In this document: positions 48,231 to 61,519 of the stretch, in pieces
How the letters are laid out: each line of letters starts with the position of its first letter
Numbering within the stretch: position 1 is the stretch's first letter
NCBI RefSeq assembly: GCF_001194135.2
Contig: NC_068984.1
Coordinates: forward strand, 6,268,566 to 6,332,565
DNA from: Octopus bimaculoides
Taxonomy: Eukaryota
Length of the DNA: 64,000 nucleotides
Direction: 5' to 3'
The notes under the pieces: model-generated
Seen by the model: the letters and a program-made list of their open reading frames with translations, nothing else
The model's database searches: none
What the model was told of the DNA's origin: nothing
Position numbers and translations under genes: made by a program

Positions 48231-50900
48231 TCATTTGTGTTTCACTCTGTGTACTCTGTACATACTTCTAACCATCATTGCTTTTTTTTTAATTACACTT
48301 ACTTGTCTCCTTTCTCTCCTCTCTTCTAAAGTTTTCTGATGAGATGGAGTGCAATTTATTATATATAGTGCAAATGAGCAAACGAGTACATTAAGCTCAT
48401 TTTTATATTATTATGGTCTAACAAAATGCCAGCAGTATATATTCATCCATATTTCTTAAGAGTTTCTATTTTGTTTTCAATGCTTTTACAAATTGTTCCT
48501 CTGCTTAAGGATTCATATCTTTCATACAAATACAACACTGAAATATGAATTACAACCAACCACCTGAAAAGCACTACAAGAAATTAGCATACAGAACAAT
48601 TGGTTAGCAAAAGAAATAATGTTTTTCATTAGTTCATAGTTTAACACATTCAACTGACATCTGCTGCATTATATAACTTTTTAACAGTACATCCTGTTAT
48701 TAATGAGTTGTTTCCAAGTACATCTGCCAACCATGTTCAAAATAATTGCTACATTATAACATCAATTGCTAGAGTAAATGTGTGGAATTCCTCCGAGATA
48801 AGAAGATAAGCTCTACCTGTTTAAAGTCATATTTGAAATTGCCAGTTGTATTGACCCTTAAAATAATGATCCTCTTTCTTAAACTTTTGCTCAAAGCCAC
48901 AATTTTGTAGTAAAGGATTAGGTGATTGAATCAAACCTCAGTATGCTACTGGTACAAATTATATTGACACATGGAAGGTAATAAAAACTAATTTTAAGCT
49001 TGGCAAGATTTTAACATGGGGCATAAAGCTACATAATGCTACAGGGCACTCTGATATATAAATAGCACTCTGATATTTTTTATACATCTGTTAGAACTCC
49101 AAAGTGAATAACAATGATAACAAATACCTTATGGAAATAGCAACCTATAAAATAAAAGATATAGAGGATAAGTCACTGTACTAAGAATAAAGGTTCGTTC
49201 CAATCAGATTCTTTTCATTAATAATTACTTTTTGAACCTAAAACGAATCAATACACAGATAAATATTTTATTAGTAATTCACTTGAGTTGTAAAAATGAT
49301 TTGACATTTCTTTCTGTTTAGTAACAGTGATCCCTAAACCATTAAGTTTATCATAGTTACTTATTGTAGATTTGATACATTCGCCAAAACAGCAGGAAGG
49401 CAAATGGATAAATAATAGTGTATAAGTCTTTTACAGCCCAAAGATTTAGGCCTATGCTGCCTAAGCAGTTCTGTGATTTCAAGTCATTCAGGAAATAACA
49501 CAATCAGGCATAGATCTATTTTTATGAACTATATGGTTATTTTCAGTAAAGCTATTTTTCGTCTTCTGGCAACAGTAAGTTTTATGGTGAATACAGATAT
49601 GATCAAAATGATATCTATACTCACCATAACCACTACATAAAACTACAAAGAACAATAAGACAATGATAACTGAATAGTAATGGTATGTCATCTCTTTCCT
49701 TCATTTCTCTTTCAGTATCACTTTCTGTCCCTTCTCTTTTTAACAGCCAATCTTTCTCCTTTCTTAGGGAAACTATGTATGACATAACCTTTTATGTTCC
49801 ATGTTGTTTTTTTATTTGTAATTTCATACAGTTCAGATCAATCATGAAATATCAGTTCATCTTTTCATTCACTACCATCCCCTGCTGATCATTTCCTTTT
49901 TTTCCACACTGCCTCTCTTTTTTTTTTCCAACCAATCCTTTATTTACTTGCTTTCACATACAATCACATATAGGATGTCTATAAATGAAATGGAGTGGTT
50001 ACTACTTTATAACAATTGTACATTAGATTTAGATTAGTCAGGGAGGTTGTTAAATTCTTGGAGCTTCTGATATTGAGGTTTTCTGGTATCATGTAGCATT
50101 GCTTAAACCAGTTTTTCACCTGTCGTTTATGTATCATAGTCCTGTACTGTAAGTAATCACAACTATCACCAAATTCTGAACTGCTCATAACCTCAATTCA
50201 GATAGTGTGGTTGTTAAGGACAAAAAACAGCAATGAAATATATAAAATTTCATTAGTCTCATTTTAGAAAGAAATTCCTGTCTAAAGACTTCTGGTTTAT
50301 TATATGGATATCTGTTTTCCTTTGTCTTTTTGCAATTTCTGGAATGAGTTCTTTCAGATAATGCTTCTCCAATTTTTTAACATCATGGCAAGTAATACCT
50401 CATTAACTATTATTTATTAATAACTGAATTAGAGAAAGAGAATTTAAACTTAGAGAAAATAGAATATTTTTGTGTTATCTATAGACACCAGTGCAAAATT
50501 CATATAGGGATTTAGTGAACTGTGCAAGAACAGAGTAATCACATATTTGATCAGTGTATCAATGTTTTCATTAGAGATGTGAGCTTTACAAAACCTTTGA
50601 ACTTAGAGGCAAAAACCTGTTTTAGCTTAATACTGAAGAAATATTTGTCAAACTGAGTAATGAGACTGCAGAGTATGTGCTTCAACAGAGCAATGTTACC
50701 TACATTATATCAATGGAAGAAAATCAAGGCATATTTTGGAAGGTTTTTTTTGTTTCTTTTTTTGTTTTTGGATGTTAATTATACAACTTCCAAGTTACAT
50801 AAACTACCAGACCCAAATCCAGCTCTGAGATAGGAAATCAATACTCAGGGATTAATATCTTCTAAATATATATGAAGAAGCTTATGTGCAATCAACTTAC

Positions 50901-50915
50901 CTGTATTCAACCTAC
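50901..50915 (-). other. Candidate 15-nt microexon on the minus strand
   Basis: cactttcatctatccAG|GTAGGTTGAATACAG|gtaagt; open only as (G)RLNT in phase 1-1. Confidence 0.2.
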
Positions 50916-51892
50916 CTGGATAGATGAAAGTGACGACAACAGGTAAATAACCACAATTACCAAAGTACATCAATTGTCATTATATCCTATGAGCAAATTT
51001 CATCTAAATGCATGTAATTATTATGTTTAAATGATTTTTATACAGGATTGAGAGATTCATATAGGATAATAAGCACTACAAGAATTTAAAAGTTAAGGAG
51101 TAAAATACAATATCTGTGGTCAATCAATGCAGCTACTGAATCAATTGATTATAAGGCATCATTATCACCATCTCTGCTAATCTCAAAATTACCACTACCA
51201 CCATCACCACACTATTATAGTAGTGCTATCGCCCACGTATTAACTGCTTGGATTTAATTTCATCCAATCAATTTTGAGTGCAACATCAACCTAAGTCTTC
51301 GGAAATATTCCATCCCTAACCTTAGTCTTCAGTATTATTATCTTGATGAAAACTCTCAGCTTATTTTACTGGGTACGATGGAAAGTGTCAGCTGCCTACA
51401 GCCAGCAAACTATGGTGACATGTGTTTACTGACCATCTTTCAAGAACCCTATGGAGAACTCTTGCAGTTTCAAGCAATGAGGATTTTTAAAGGTGTTCTA
51501 CATTTACATTTGTACCAATTTTTTCGTGTCATGTTGGTACTTGAGTGCCAATATTTCTAAGTGTGCCAATCATTGTTGGTATCATGTCCACTTCCTTTGT
51601 TGCTCACAACCTGCATATTTCACAGTTAACAGCATTATTTTATCTGTCTTTACATTCTGAGTTCAAATTCTACCGATGTCAATATTACATTTCATCCTTT
51701 TGGGGGTCGATGAAATCAGTACTAGTTGAGAAATAGGGTTGATAAAATCAACAAACCCACTCCCCTCAAATTCCAGGCCTTGTGCCTATAGTAGAAAATA
51801 TTATTATTTTTATTATCATTACCATTATTATCATTATAATTGTTATCATCATCCTCATCACCATTATTATTATTTTTATTCAGTGCCAGCTG

Positions 51893-53080
51893 ACCAGTCC
51901 CATGCTGGTGGCACGTAAAAGGCACCATTCGAGCATAGTCATTGCCAGTACTGCCGGACTGGCTCCCGTGCTGGTGGCACGTAAAAGGCACCATTCGAGC
52001 ATAGTCATTGCCAGTACTGCCGGACTGGCTCCCGTGCTGGTGGCATNNNNNNNNNNNNNNNNNNNNNNNNNNNNNNNNNNNNNNNNNNNNNNNNNNNNNN
52101 NNNNNNNNNNNNNNNNNNNNNNNNNNNNNNNNNNNNNNNNNNNNNNNNNNNNNNNNNNNNNNNNNNNNNNNNNNNNNNNNNNNNNNNNNNNNNNNNNNNN
52201 NNNNNNNNNNNNNNNNNNNNNNNNNNNNNNNNNNNNNNNNNNNNNNNNNNNNNNNNNNNNNNNNNNNNNNNNNNNNNNNNNNNNNNNNNNNNNNNNNNNN
52301 NNNNNNNNNNNNNNNNNNNNNNNNNNNNNNNNNNNNNNNNNNNNNNNNNNNNNNNNNNNNNNNNNNNNNNNNNNNNNNNNNNNNNNNNNNNNNNNNNNNN
52401 NNNNNNNNNNNNNNNNNNNNNNNNNNNNNNNNNNNNNNNNNNNNNNNNNNNNNNNNNNNNNNNNNNNNNNNNNNNNNNNNNNNNNNNNNNNNNNNNNNNN
52501 NNNNNNNNNNNNNNNNNNNNNNNNNNNNNNNNNNNNNNNNNNNNNNNNNNNNNNNNNNNNNNNNNNNNNNNNNNNNNNNNNNNNNNNNNNNNNNNNNNNN
52601 NNNNNNNNNNNNNNNNNNNNNNNNNNNNNNNNNNNNNNNNNNNNNNNNNNNNNNNNNNNNNNNNNNNNNNNNNNNNNNNNNNNNNNNNNATGCTGGTGGC
52701 ACGTAAAAGGCACCATTCGAGCATAGTCATTGCCAGTACTGCCGGACTGGCTCCCGTGCTGGTGGCACGTAAAAGGCACCATTCGAGCATAGTCATTGCC
52801 AGTACTGCCGGACTGGCTCCCGTGCTGGTGGCATGTAAAAAGCACCATTCAGGCATGGTTGATGCCAGTACCGCCTGACTGGACTCATGCTGGTGGCATG
52901 TAAAAAGTGCCCACTACACACTCAGAGTGATTGGCATTAGGAAGGGCATCCAGCTGTAGAAACTTTGCCAGATTGGATTGGAGCCTGGTGCAGCCTTCTG
53001 GCTAGCCAGCCCTCAGTCAAACCGTCCAATCCATGCCAGCATGGAAAGCGGATGCTAAATGACGATGATGACAAAGATGA
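51893..53080 (+). mobile_element. RTE-type 3' element whose 66-bp UTR unit is expanded into a tandem array
   Basis: Array followed by the standard 3' module (ggcattaggaagggcatccagctgtagaaac...ccatgccagcatggaaagcggatgctaaatgacgatgatg). Confidence 0.9.
51903..52885. repeat. 66-bp tandem array (tgctggtggcacgtaaaaggcaccattcgagcatagtcattgccagtactgccggactggctcccg), interrupted by a 643-N gap
   Basis: Unit starts at 51903, 51969, 52035, then 52691, 52757, 52823; 52691-52035 = 656 bp, about 10 units. Confidence 0.95.
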
Positions 53081-54196
53081 TCATCATTATTAAGGCAGCG
53101 ATTTTGTATAACTGTTAGAGCACTGGACAAAATAAATTTTGTTATTTCTTCTGACTCGTTACATTCTGAATTCCTCATCTTTTCATATTAAATACCTGTA
53201 CCAATACAATTATTTCTTCTGCATAAATCTACTGATAACTCTAAAACTCAATTTCTTTTGCAACTCATATTGTACATCTGACAATTACATTTAATTTGCA
53301 ACTAGCCAATCACTGTAGGTTCCTGACACTTTTACTGCTGATATTTCATCAACACATGGCATCATGCTTCTGATGCTGAACACACCTCACATTAATCTCT
53401 TTCTTACAGAGATATCATCTTTGTCATTAACAATTCTATAAACTTCTTTCCATTCAATTAGTAGCCATTATACTGCCATCAACATATAATAAATATATCA
53501 TTAACAAGTATAAAATTTAAAATAATTCATGTCTAATAATAAAACTGTAGGTCTTAAGTTATAACAACAACAACAACAACAAATACAAGTATACTGTAAC
53601 ATAGTTATTCTTATGAAGAAGTGGCAGTTTTGATGTCATCAGTCTAACATAAAAGTATGAGAAAATGACCAAAGGCAAAATAATGAACCTTTACAGCAAA
53701 TGCCTAATTAAAATTAGTGCATTAAAGCCAGCATAGCTCAGTGAATTTACAGTGCTTTAACATAACTTAGAAGCATTTGAAAGTTTACATTCCTAGGTTC
53801 AAACTCTACTATGAATAATTCATTTACATTTTATTAGTTATGGATAATAAATAGCATTGATGTGGAAGCAATGTTCATCCATCAGTAAATCTATTGTGTG
53901 TGATTCAAATCTATTCCTATTGTAACTTACATCACTCTTTCAAAACTATTCTTCTTTAGAACTTCTCTGTTGAACTCTTTCTAGCTATGAACTGTATCAA
54001 CTATTTACGAATCCTGCCTCTTTAAATATATAATGTATTAGATACTCATCACATGTTTATTGTAAACCAAAGAAAAACAAATAATTGTGTGTCTACTGTT
54101 GCACTTTGATTTGCAACTGTTCAAGAGAAATATCAACTGCAAGAGTCAACAACATATCTTCTATGTGATCATTCACTCTGCTGCTAGAAATAGCTG

Positions 54197-54253
54197 CCAA
54201 GGGAATCTCACCTTACTATCAAAAATCGTCCAAGGGAATCTCACCTTACTATC
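54197..54253. repeat. 33-bp tandem duplication inside a family D repeat
   Basis: ccaagggaatctcaccttactatc at 54197 and 54230. Confidence 0.9.
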
Positions 54254-55024
54254 TAAAAACACAAAAATGGATGTATTGTGTAATGCAGTCCTAAGTATTT
54301 CTTTACTGAAAGATATGTTGGGATGATCACTACTGGAATGTCTTTTACAGCATGTATCCTTAAACAGGGATGACCTGGAGCTTGATATCCACAAAATGAA
54401 CAATGTAACATCTATGAAATACAAATAAAAAAAACGATAACCCTGAACTACTTCAGCATACAAAAGCATATCCATAATATTTCATATTCTGAACAAAACA
54501 TAGCGATAACTTAACTCCTTTTCTTTGTATCCTTCTAAGTGGATCTATAAACTATTCAAATCATGAGATCAAAATAAGAGAATAAACTAAGGAAATCCTG
54601 CTCACGTAACTGACTGGTGAAGCATACATAACTGTGACCGAGAGTAATAAAGAAACATATTCATTTGTTTGTTTGTTTGTTTGTGCATCTGGTTAGAAAG
54701 AAGAAGCAGTGATAACAGCCTCTTTAAACCTTCTGAGACCTATGAAACTGATGCTGTTAATTCTGTTTAAATTGTTGCATTCAGTGTCTACAGAAAAATA
54801 TGAGCAGGGAAGGAATTCTATAGCTAACATCATTCTGGGAAGAAATGACCAGGCATAGTGTTTCGTGTAGGGTTTGCAGATGTGGTGGAAACAATGTAGG
54901 TAATAAGAGGAGGTGGCATGAAACTAGCCAGCTCCAAAAAGCAGAGGCCAATGTAGTAGTGATAGGAGATAGTTGGAGAGTGTCAATGTAGTAATGATGG
55001 GAGGTAGTACATTTCTGTTCCAGA

Positions 55025-55240
55025 AGTACTGCCTGACTGGCCCTCGTGCCGGTGGCATGTAAAAGCACCCACTACACTCTTGGAGTGGTTGGTGTTAGGA
55101 AGGGCATCTAGCTGTAGGAACTCTGCCAGATCAGATTAGAACCTGGTGCAGCCATCTGGTTCGCCAGTCTTCCGTCAAATCGCCCAACCTATGCCAACAT
55201 GGAAAGCAGACATTAAACGATGATGATGATGATGATGATA
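55025..55240 (+). mobile_element. RTE-type 3' end with (GAT)n tail
   Basis: ctgactggccctcgtgccggtggcatgtaaaagcaccc...ccaacctatgccaacatggaaagcagacattaaacgatgatgat. Confidence 0.9.
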
Positions 55241-57430
55241 TTTGGAAATAAATTGTCATTCTCATTAAGCTCTTGCTGGAGAAACTCTTTCTCTCCACTG
55301 GCTTATTTTCATGATTACCATCAGTGTGACATAATATAAAAGGATACGGCATTACAAAATTAACAAGCGTGGTATTTTTTCAGTGAAATAGAAGCTGTGT
55401 CATTCAGACCTTTTCTATAAATATCTATGGTTACTAGATGTGCTAGAAATAGTAACCAAATATTCCTCATAACACATTGGATAGTGTAGTCTTTAGAAAA
55501 TGGGATAACAACAGCTGGGATGTTATTCTGAATGTTGACAATGATATATTGTATAGACTCCTCAAGATATTTTACAGGTCAAGTGTAAAGAATAATTACA
55601 AGAAATCTGGAGGCACAATCAGGGAATGACAAGCTGTATATGGCAAAGACAGCATAAACAGAGAGAGAAGAACTGTTCTGCATATGCTTGTTGAAATCCT
55701 ACATTTTGTCTACCTGTACTTTTATGATTACAGTGGCTGCATAATAAGGCAGCAATGAAGTTGTCCTCTAGACCTACATTCTTTTAATTAGGCATGTTTG
55801 TTAAGCAGTGTCTTTGTACCTGATGGCTATAAGAAAACAAGTAATATGATGGATGAGGTCAGATATTTTCCATTCAAATATAGCCTTTATTGTCTTCTTC
55901 CAATGTCATTTAAAATGGAGAAGTTGTGAAAGTTAGCTGCAAGGAGAAAGCACTTGCTTTTGTAATGATGGCAAAGAATCCAGATTTTTTTTTTTCTTTT
56001 TTTGCATGTAACTACTATCTTTTTAAGGATATTCCATTTTTTATCATATTATTTAGTAGGTGGCAAAATCAGCTGAACAGCAGATAAAATACCTTGTGGT
56101 GTTTAATTACATTCTAAATAATTTTACCCTACAGGGTTGATGAAATAAGTGCCAGTCAAGTTAATCCAATTAATTGTGTCTTCCTGACGAAATTTGTGGC
56201 CTTGTGCCAATATCAAAATTATATTGCAACTTTACTTTTAATTTTTCACTCAAAATAGTGGCTTTTTCTTACGTGATTGTAAGGTCCCTCAGTCAAGCCA
56301 TGTAGCAAATAAAGATATTATTAATATAGTAACAAAGTTGGCACAATTCATAGAGAGATTATATTTTATTCTCATTGAGAATTATATTCCCATATTCCTT
56401 AGCATTTTTCTTGCTAAAAATAAAATTTGCCTTCAACACCTCTTATGGTTTTAAAATTGTTCTAGATAAAGTTTGAAAAACTTTAAGCTCAACGTTATTG
56501 ACTACATAATAGCTATTATGTAAAGCTAATTGATAATATTGGAGGTTGAGATTAGGGACCAAGTATCAAAACACAGGTTTTCCAAGTTTTACTTTAAATC
56601 AAGTTTTCCCCAATAAAAACTCTGTTTTCCTTTTTAACATTTCATTTGCTTACATAAGTATCCACACACACACAACTATGGTGAGAGATCACTACAGCCC
56701 TATGCTTTTATTCTCATTTGGATTCCCATGAATCCAATTTTTCTAAGATTCTTCAGAAAGACTTGAGCATCACATATATCTGCAATGATTCATGTAAAAG
56801 TCTGAGACATTATGTCTACATGAATAAATGATCTGTGTAAGTATGTACATGTATTATGTAAGATGGATTCTCTTGTAAGTTCTGACATTACTGTCTTTTA
56901 TTCTCTTTTTCTTTTCATCTCCAGTAAAAGTACTTTTGAGCCAACAAAGCAACTGATACTGCTACAACAGCACAACTCCTGTCCATCAATAAACATTTGT
57001 TAGTCACTAAAGCTGTTGAATTATGGGAGTAAAGAAATAGTTAATGGTGACATTCATACTGAAACAAATTAAGGAGGCCAGTATAGTAATTACAATGAGG
57101 AACAAAAAAAGCTCAAATCTTAATTTATCACAAATTTCCAAGAAATTAGTACAAAACATTCACTTGCTAATTTACTCTCTGATAAGGATATCCAGCATTA
57201 TCCCGTTTATTGTGATGCATACACTGCTTAAAACTTTTAGCTTTTTGTTTTATGTGTATCTATTTCTAACTACAATCTAGTTTCATTTATATATTCTCCA
57301 ATCAGAGTCTTTATTTTCACAAATACATGCATACATACATTCATTCGTTCATTCATTCATTCATTCATTCAATATTATTCATATTTGTTACAGTATTTAA
57401 GACTTTGAATATGTATGTGAAATAATAATA

Positions 57431-57456
57431 AACTTTTCTTTTTATTGCAGGTAAGT
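57431..57456 (+). promoter_or_regulatory. Juxtaposed 3' and 5' splice sites (recursive-splice / zero-length-exon-like)
   Basis: aacttttctttttattgcAG|GTAAGT, junction at 57450/57451. Confidence 0.4.
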
Positions 57457-57734
57457 ATTATGCGCTGAGTTCTGAAGAAATTTGAAGGTAAAAAAACATA
57501 AGAAATGGAAATATGGAAAATGAAGTGGTCTTTTGTACAGAAAATGTTGGTATATGAAGTAAGCTGTTTCCAGTTTCTATTAATGACCAGCCAATGGAGA
57601 TGGGGGGGTTATATTCCAGCCCACTTTAAAATTTCTTATGAAGAATGGTTTATTATGATAAGATATTTGTTGTACTTAATTTGGTGATAAAATTATATTT
57701 TTCATGAAAATCTTTTAACATTTCCAGTCAGTTG

Positions 57735-58020
57735 GTTACATCATCATCATCATCATCACCATCATCATCAGCATCATCGTTTAATGTCCATTTTCCTTGC
57801 TGGTATGGGCTGGACAGTTTGACAGGAGCTGGCAAGGCCAGGTGGTGCACCAGGTTTCATTGTCTGTTTTGGTATGATTTCTACAGCTTGATGCCCTTCT
57901 TAATGCCAACCACTTTAAAAAGTGTACAAGGTGCTTTTTACATGGCACCAGCATCAGTGCTTTTTATGTGGCACTGACACCACTGCTTTTTATGTAGCAC
58001 CAGCACTAGTGCTTTTTACA
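57735..58020 (-). mobile_element. RTE-type 3' end
   Basis: (cat)n-cgtttaatgtccattttccttgctggtatgggctggacagtttgac...gtgctttttacatggcacc repeats. Confidence 0.85.
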
Positions 58021-59274
58021 ATCTTGAAATATATTTTATACATGTGACAGTGTAATTCTTAAGAGATCATATATGACAGAAATGATTTCCAGAGTACCAG
58101 CAGTCAGTGAGGAGAGTGTTTGCTACAAAAAGCCATGAATGACTCAGAGGTGAAGTTTTTGGAAATACAGTGTTCAAAACTTAACTGAATAATTCTACAA
58201 CAAAGCTCTGACAAAGTGATGTCTCTCTTTGTAGTAATTGCCATATTGAGATGTGATGAATCTTCCACGCATTAGTTGCAGATATATACATGTAATCTGT
58301 CAGTAGCAACATTCAGTCTCAGAAGATTATGTGGAACAATATCTGTGGTTGAAAAACCCTTTGTGAAATAAGAAGTCTTTACCAAAATGCATGCAAATAA
58401 AAGATGTGTATGTTCTGTTCTTCTGGGGGTTATGATTTCCCTTGTGGAAACAGATCATTCTTTAACTGCATATGTTCTGAATAATACTTTTCATCTTCAA
58501 ATATTTGTGCCTGAAGTAATAGCTTCCCAGTTATTAATATTCATTTCAAATTTAGATTAAGTTGATTACATCAATCCCAGTGCTCAACTGGCATTTAATT
58601 TATTGACCGCAAAAGGACAATAGGCAAAGTCAAGCTCAGCAGAATTTGAACTCAGAATATAAGGACGGATGAAATGCTGCTAAGCATCTTGCCAAGTGTG
58701 CTAATGATTCTGCCAGCTCACCACCTGTCCCAGATATTAATATCAACAACAAGTACCTTTAATGCCACACAGATTACAAGTTATATTTGTTATAAGATTT
58801 ACAATCAAGAAAAGTGGTGCTCCAGCATGGCTGCAGTCAAATTACTGAAACAAATAAAATTAAAAAATCACAGATGACCTTTCATAAAAACTATATGTAA
58901 ATAAGCTCAAGCATGGTTATGTGATTCAGAATTTTGCATTGCAACATCTTTCAGGGTTTCATAACACAGTGCAGCACCAAGTATAATCTACCATAGGCTC
59001 AGATCAATCGAAATCTTGAGTAAAATTTTGAAGACAAAATCTGTGTTGAAGCCCATCAAATAGATTGATATTGCTCTTAGGAGAGAGACTTAATTCTGCA
59101 TTCAGTTTAATATCACCATCAGGCCAAGATTTACTTTTAGCAAATCCCCTGTATACCAAATATTCATAAAAGGTTTCACATGGCTTCCTCTCTTTACTCC
59201 AACATATTCAGAAACCCAGCAAAAAAATTATGGCATTACCCTGCCTTCACCCACATGCACACAAACAACAACGC

Positions 59275-59470
59275 CAATGCCACCACCACCACCACTGCCA
59301 CCACCATTTAAAGTCTGTCTTCCAAGATGGTTGGATGGTTTAACAGCAACTGGTAAGCCTAGGAACTGCACCAACTCCCACTGTCTGCTTTGTCATAGTT
59401 TTAACAGCTGGATGCCCTTCCCAATGCCAACCACTTTACAGAGTGGACTGTGTGTTTTATGTGGAAGCCG
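59275..59470 (-). mobile_element. Degenerate RTE-type 3' end
   Basis: (cac)n-atttaaagtctgtcttccaagatggttgg...acagctggatgcccttcccaatgccaaccac. Confidence 0.75.
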
Positions 59471-59872
59471 TAATGGTGACAGGAGAGTGGTGATGAAGGA
59501 GGGAGTTTGTGTTGGGTGATAAGAGGTTAGAGTATGAATAGAGGGACAGAAACAGGTGTCTTGTTGTAGAGGAGATACATTGTTATCCCAGTTGGAGGGA
59601 AAGAGAGAGAAAGAGAGAGTAATGACAAAGCAGAGATGGGTGGAAGGATAGGGTGGGGGAGAAAAAAGCATAGTGCAGGAAGAATATATATGAACATAAA
59701 TACATATATATCTACATATTTGTTTCTTTCATGTCCATTTTACCAGGCCAGTGCATTAAGGTATTATTTTACAAACAGATGCCCTGGCTGTTGCCACAAA
59801 GCAATTAAATGACTTCTTGACAGGAAAAGTAACAACAATAACATTGCTTGTACCAACTTTGGTACACACACA

Positions 59873-60012
<140 letters not shown>

Positions 60013-61519
60013 TAATAATCTAGGACTGATTTATTAGATAAGAATGTAACTATCCTTGGTTTAGAAATAAAGGTTTTGGATTCAAATTTGGTCTGATACT
60101 AAGGAGGATACCCAAAACTGGGCAAGATGGTGAGATGGTGTGAGGGCGATTACTATCGCATTGAAGTAGATCTGGCTACCCCAGTTAACGGGGACAAAAT
60201 TCAGATTTAAAGCACTGGATGATGATGATGATGATGATTAAGACATCCAATAATGAGTAGAAATTAAACTAATTAAAATGGTCTTTAGCTGTCTTTATTC
60301 TCCATTTTAGAAATGCTCACAAAAACTATATTACTTCTCTTCCAGTCAAATTTAGGAGGCTCAATACAGTCACTCAACAAGCTTGAAATTGTAGCCAAAT
60401 CTCTCTCAAATTAACTGTAACTTTCTCAGGAGAAAAATAAGCATTCTGGATGGGGTCCAAAGCAAACTTTATTCAAGAAAGGAGGAGATGGTCATTATGG
60501 CATGATCAGTGTGGAACAACAACAGCAATCTCTCTTGAATAGACTGATTGTCAGTGGTAATCATAAACATTCTTGCTTAGTTGACAGGTCATTGATACAG
60601 TTAATGATAGATTTATTTGTATAATGAATCATGTCCTCAGTAATCTAAAAGTCTGTGATTGCTTACGTTTATATGTGAAACCTCTATTGTAGTGCAATAT
60701 TCTCTTCAGGTGATAGACTTCTGTGATTATAATTCTGAAATGGCGTAATTACAAGATGGATCTCTCCCATAGTAATTATGAATGAATAAGTTGAGGTGAT
60801 GAATCACCAATAATAAAGGGATTCATTAAATAATCATAAATGCAATCAGGTACAATGATCAGCAGAAAGGTTGTTTTCTTTCACATGAGTAACATTGTTC
60901 CATACCCAAAAGACTCAACTCCTCTTATAGGCATGCTCCACCGAGCTAAATATCTTGAGAAATACTACCTGAAGCTTAGGTTTTCAACTGTAGACTAGCA
61001 ACCCAATGCATTATGGAATGCAGAGTTGGAGATATTTAAGCTCTTTAGTATGTTCAAACCACAGAACTTCTGGCAAGACTGAAGCATTACTAAAAGTAAG
61101 TTATCTAACAAGTTAATGTAAACATTTACTGGGGATAAAAGTGTGAAAAGAAAATTGTTATGTCTAGATATCGGTGTAATTCCCATCATTAATAATCAAC
61201 CGTATAACTGATATATTACAATGGGACAGCCTCTAAGTAATCACCAAATATATGTCCAGTTACACCTGACCATCTACAAAAAAGATAGACAAATTAGATA
61301 ATGTATCTTAGATGACCTCAAATGCAATTATCATTATCATGGATGGGATGCCTTTTGTTATAGAACTGCTTAATCAAGACGGACATAATATTAAACGAAA
61401 CCATCCCATCTAACTCATGTCCAAACAAGCAAAAATACATAAAAGAAAGATGATCCCAATCACAGTGAATATCAGAATAAGTATTCTGTTTGTCAATACA
61501 ACAAAGACGATGATGATGA

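Noticed and set aside
51722-52878. Long ORFs of 230-326 aa
   Set aside because: They consist mostly of X from the N gap plus the 66-bp repeat, whose length is divisible by 3.
51903-52885. CRISPR-like array (hairpin-containing repeats)
   Set aside because: There are no unique spacers, the unit is a contiguous part of an RTE 3' UTR, and the context is eukaryotic.
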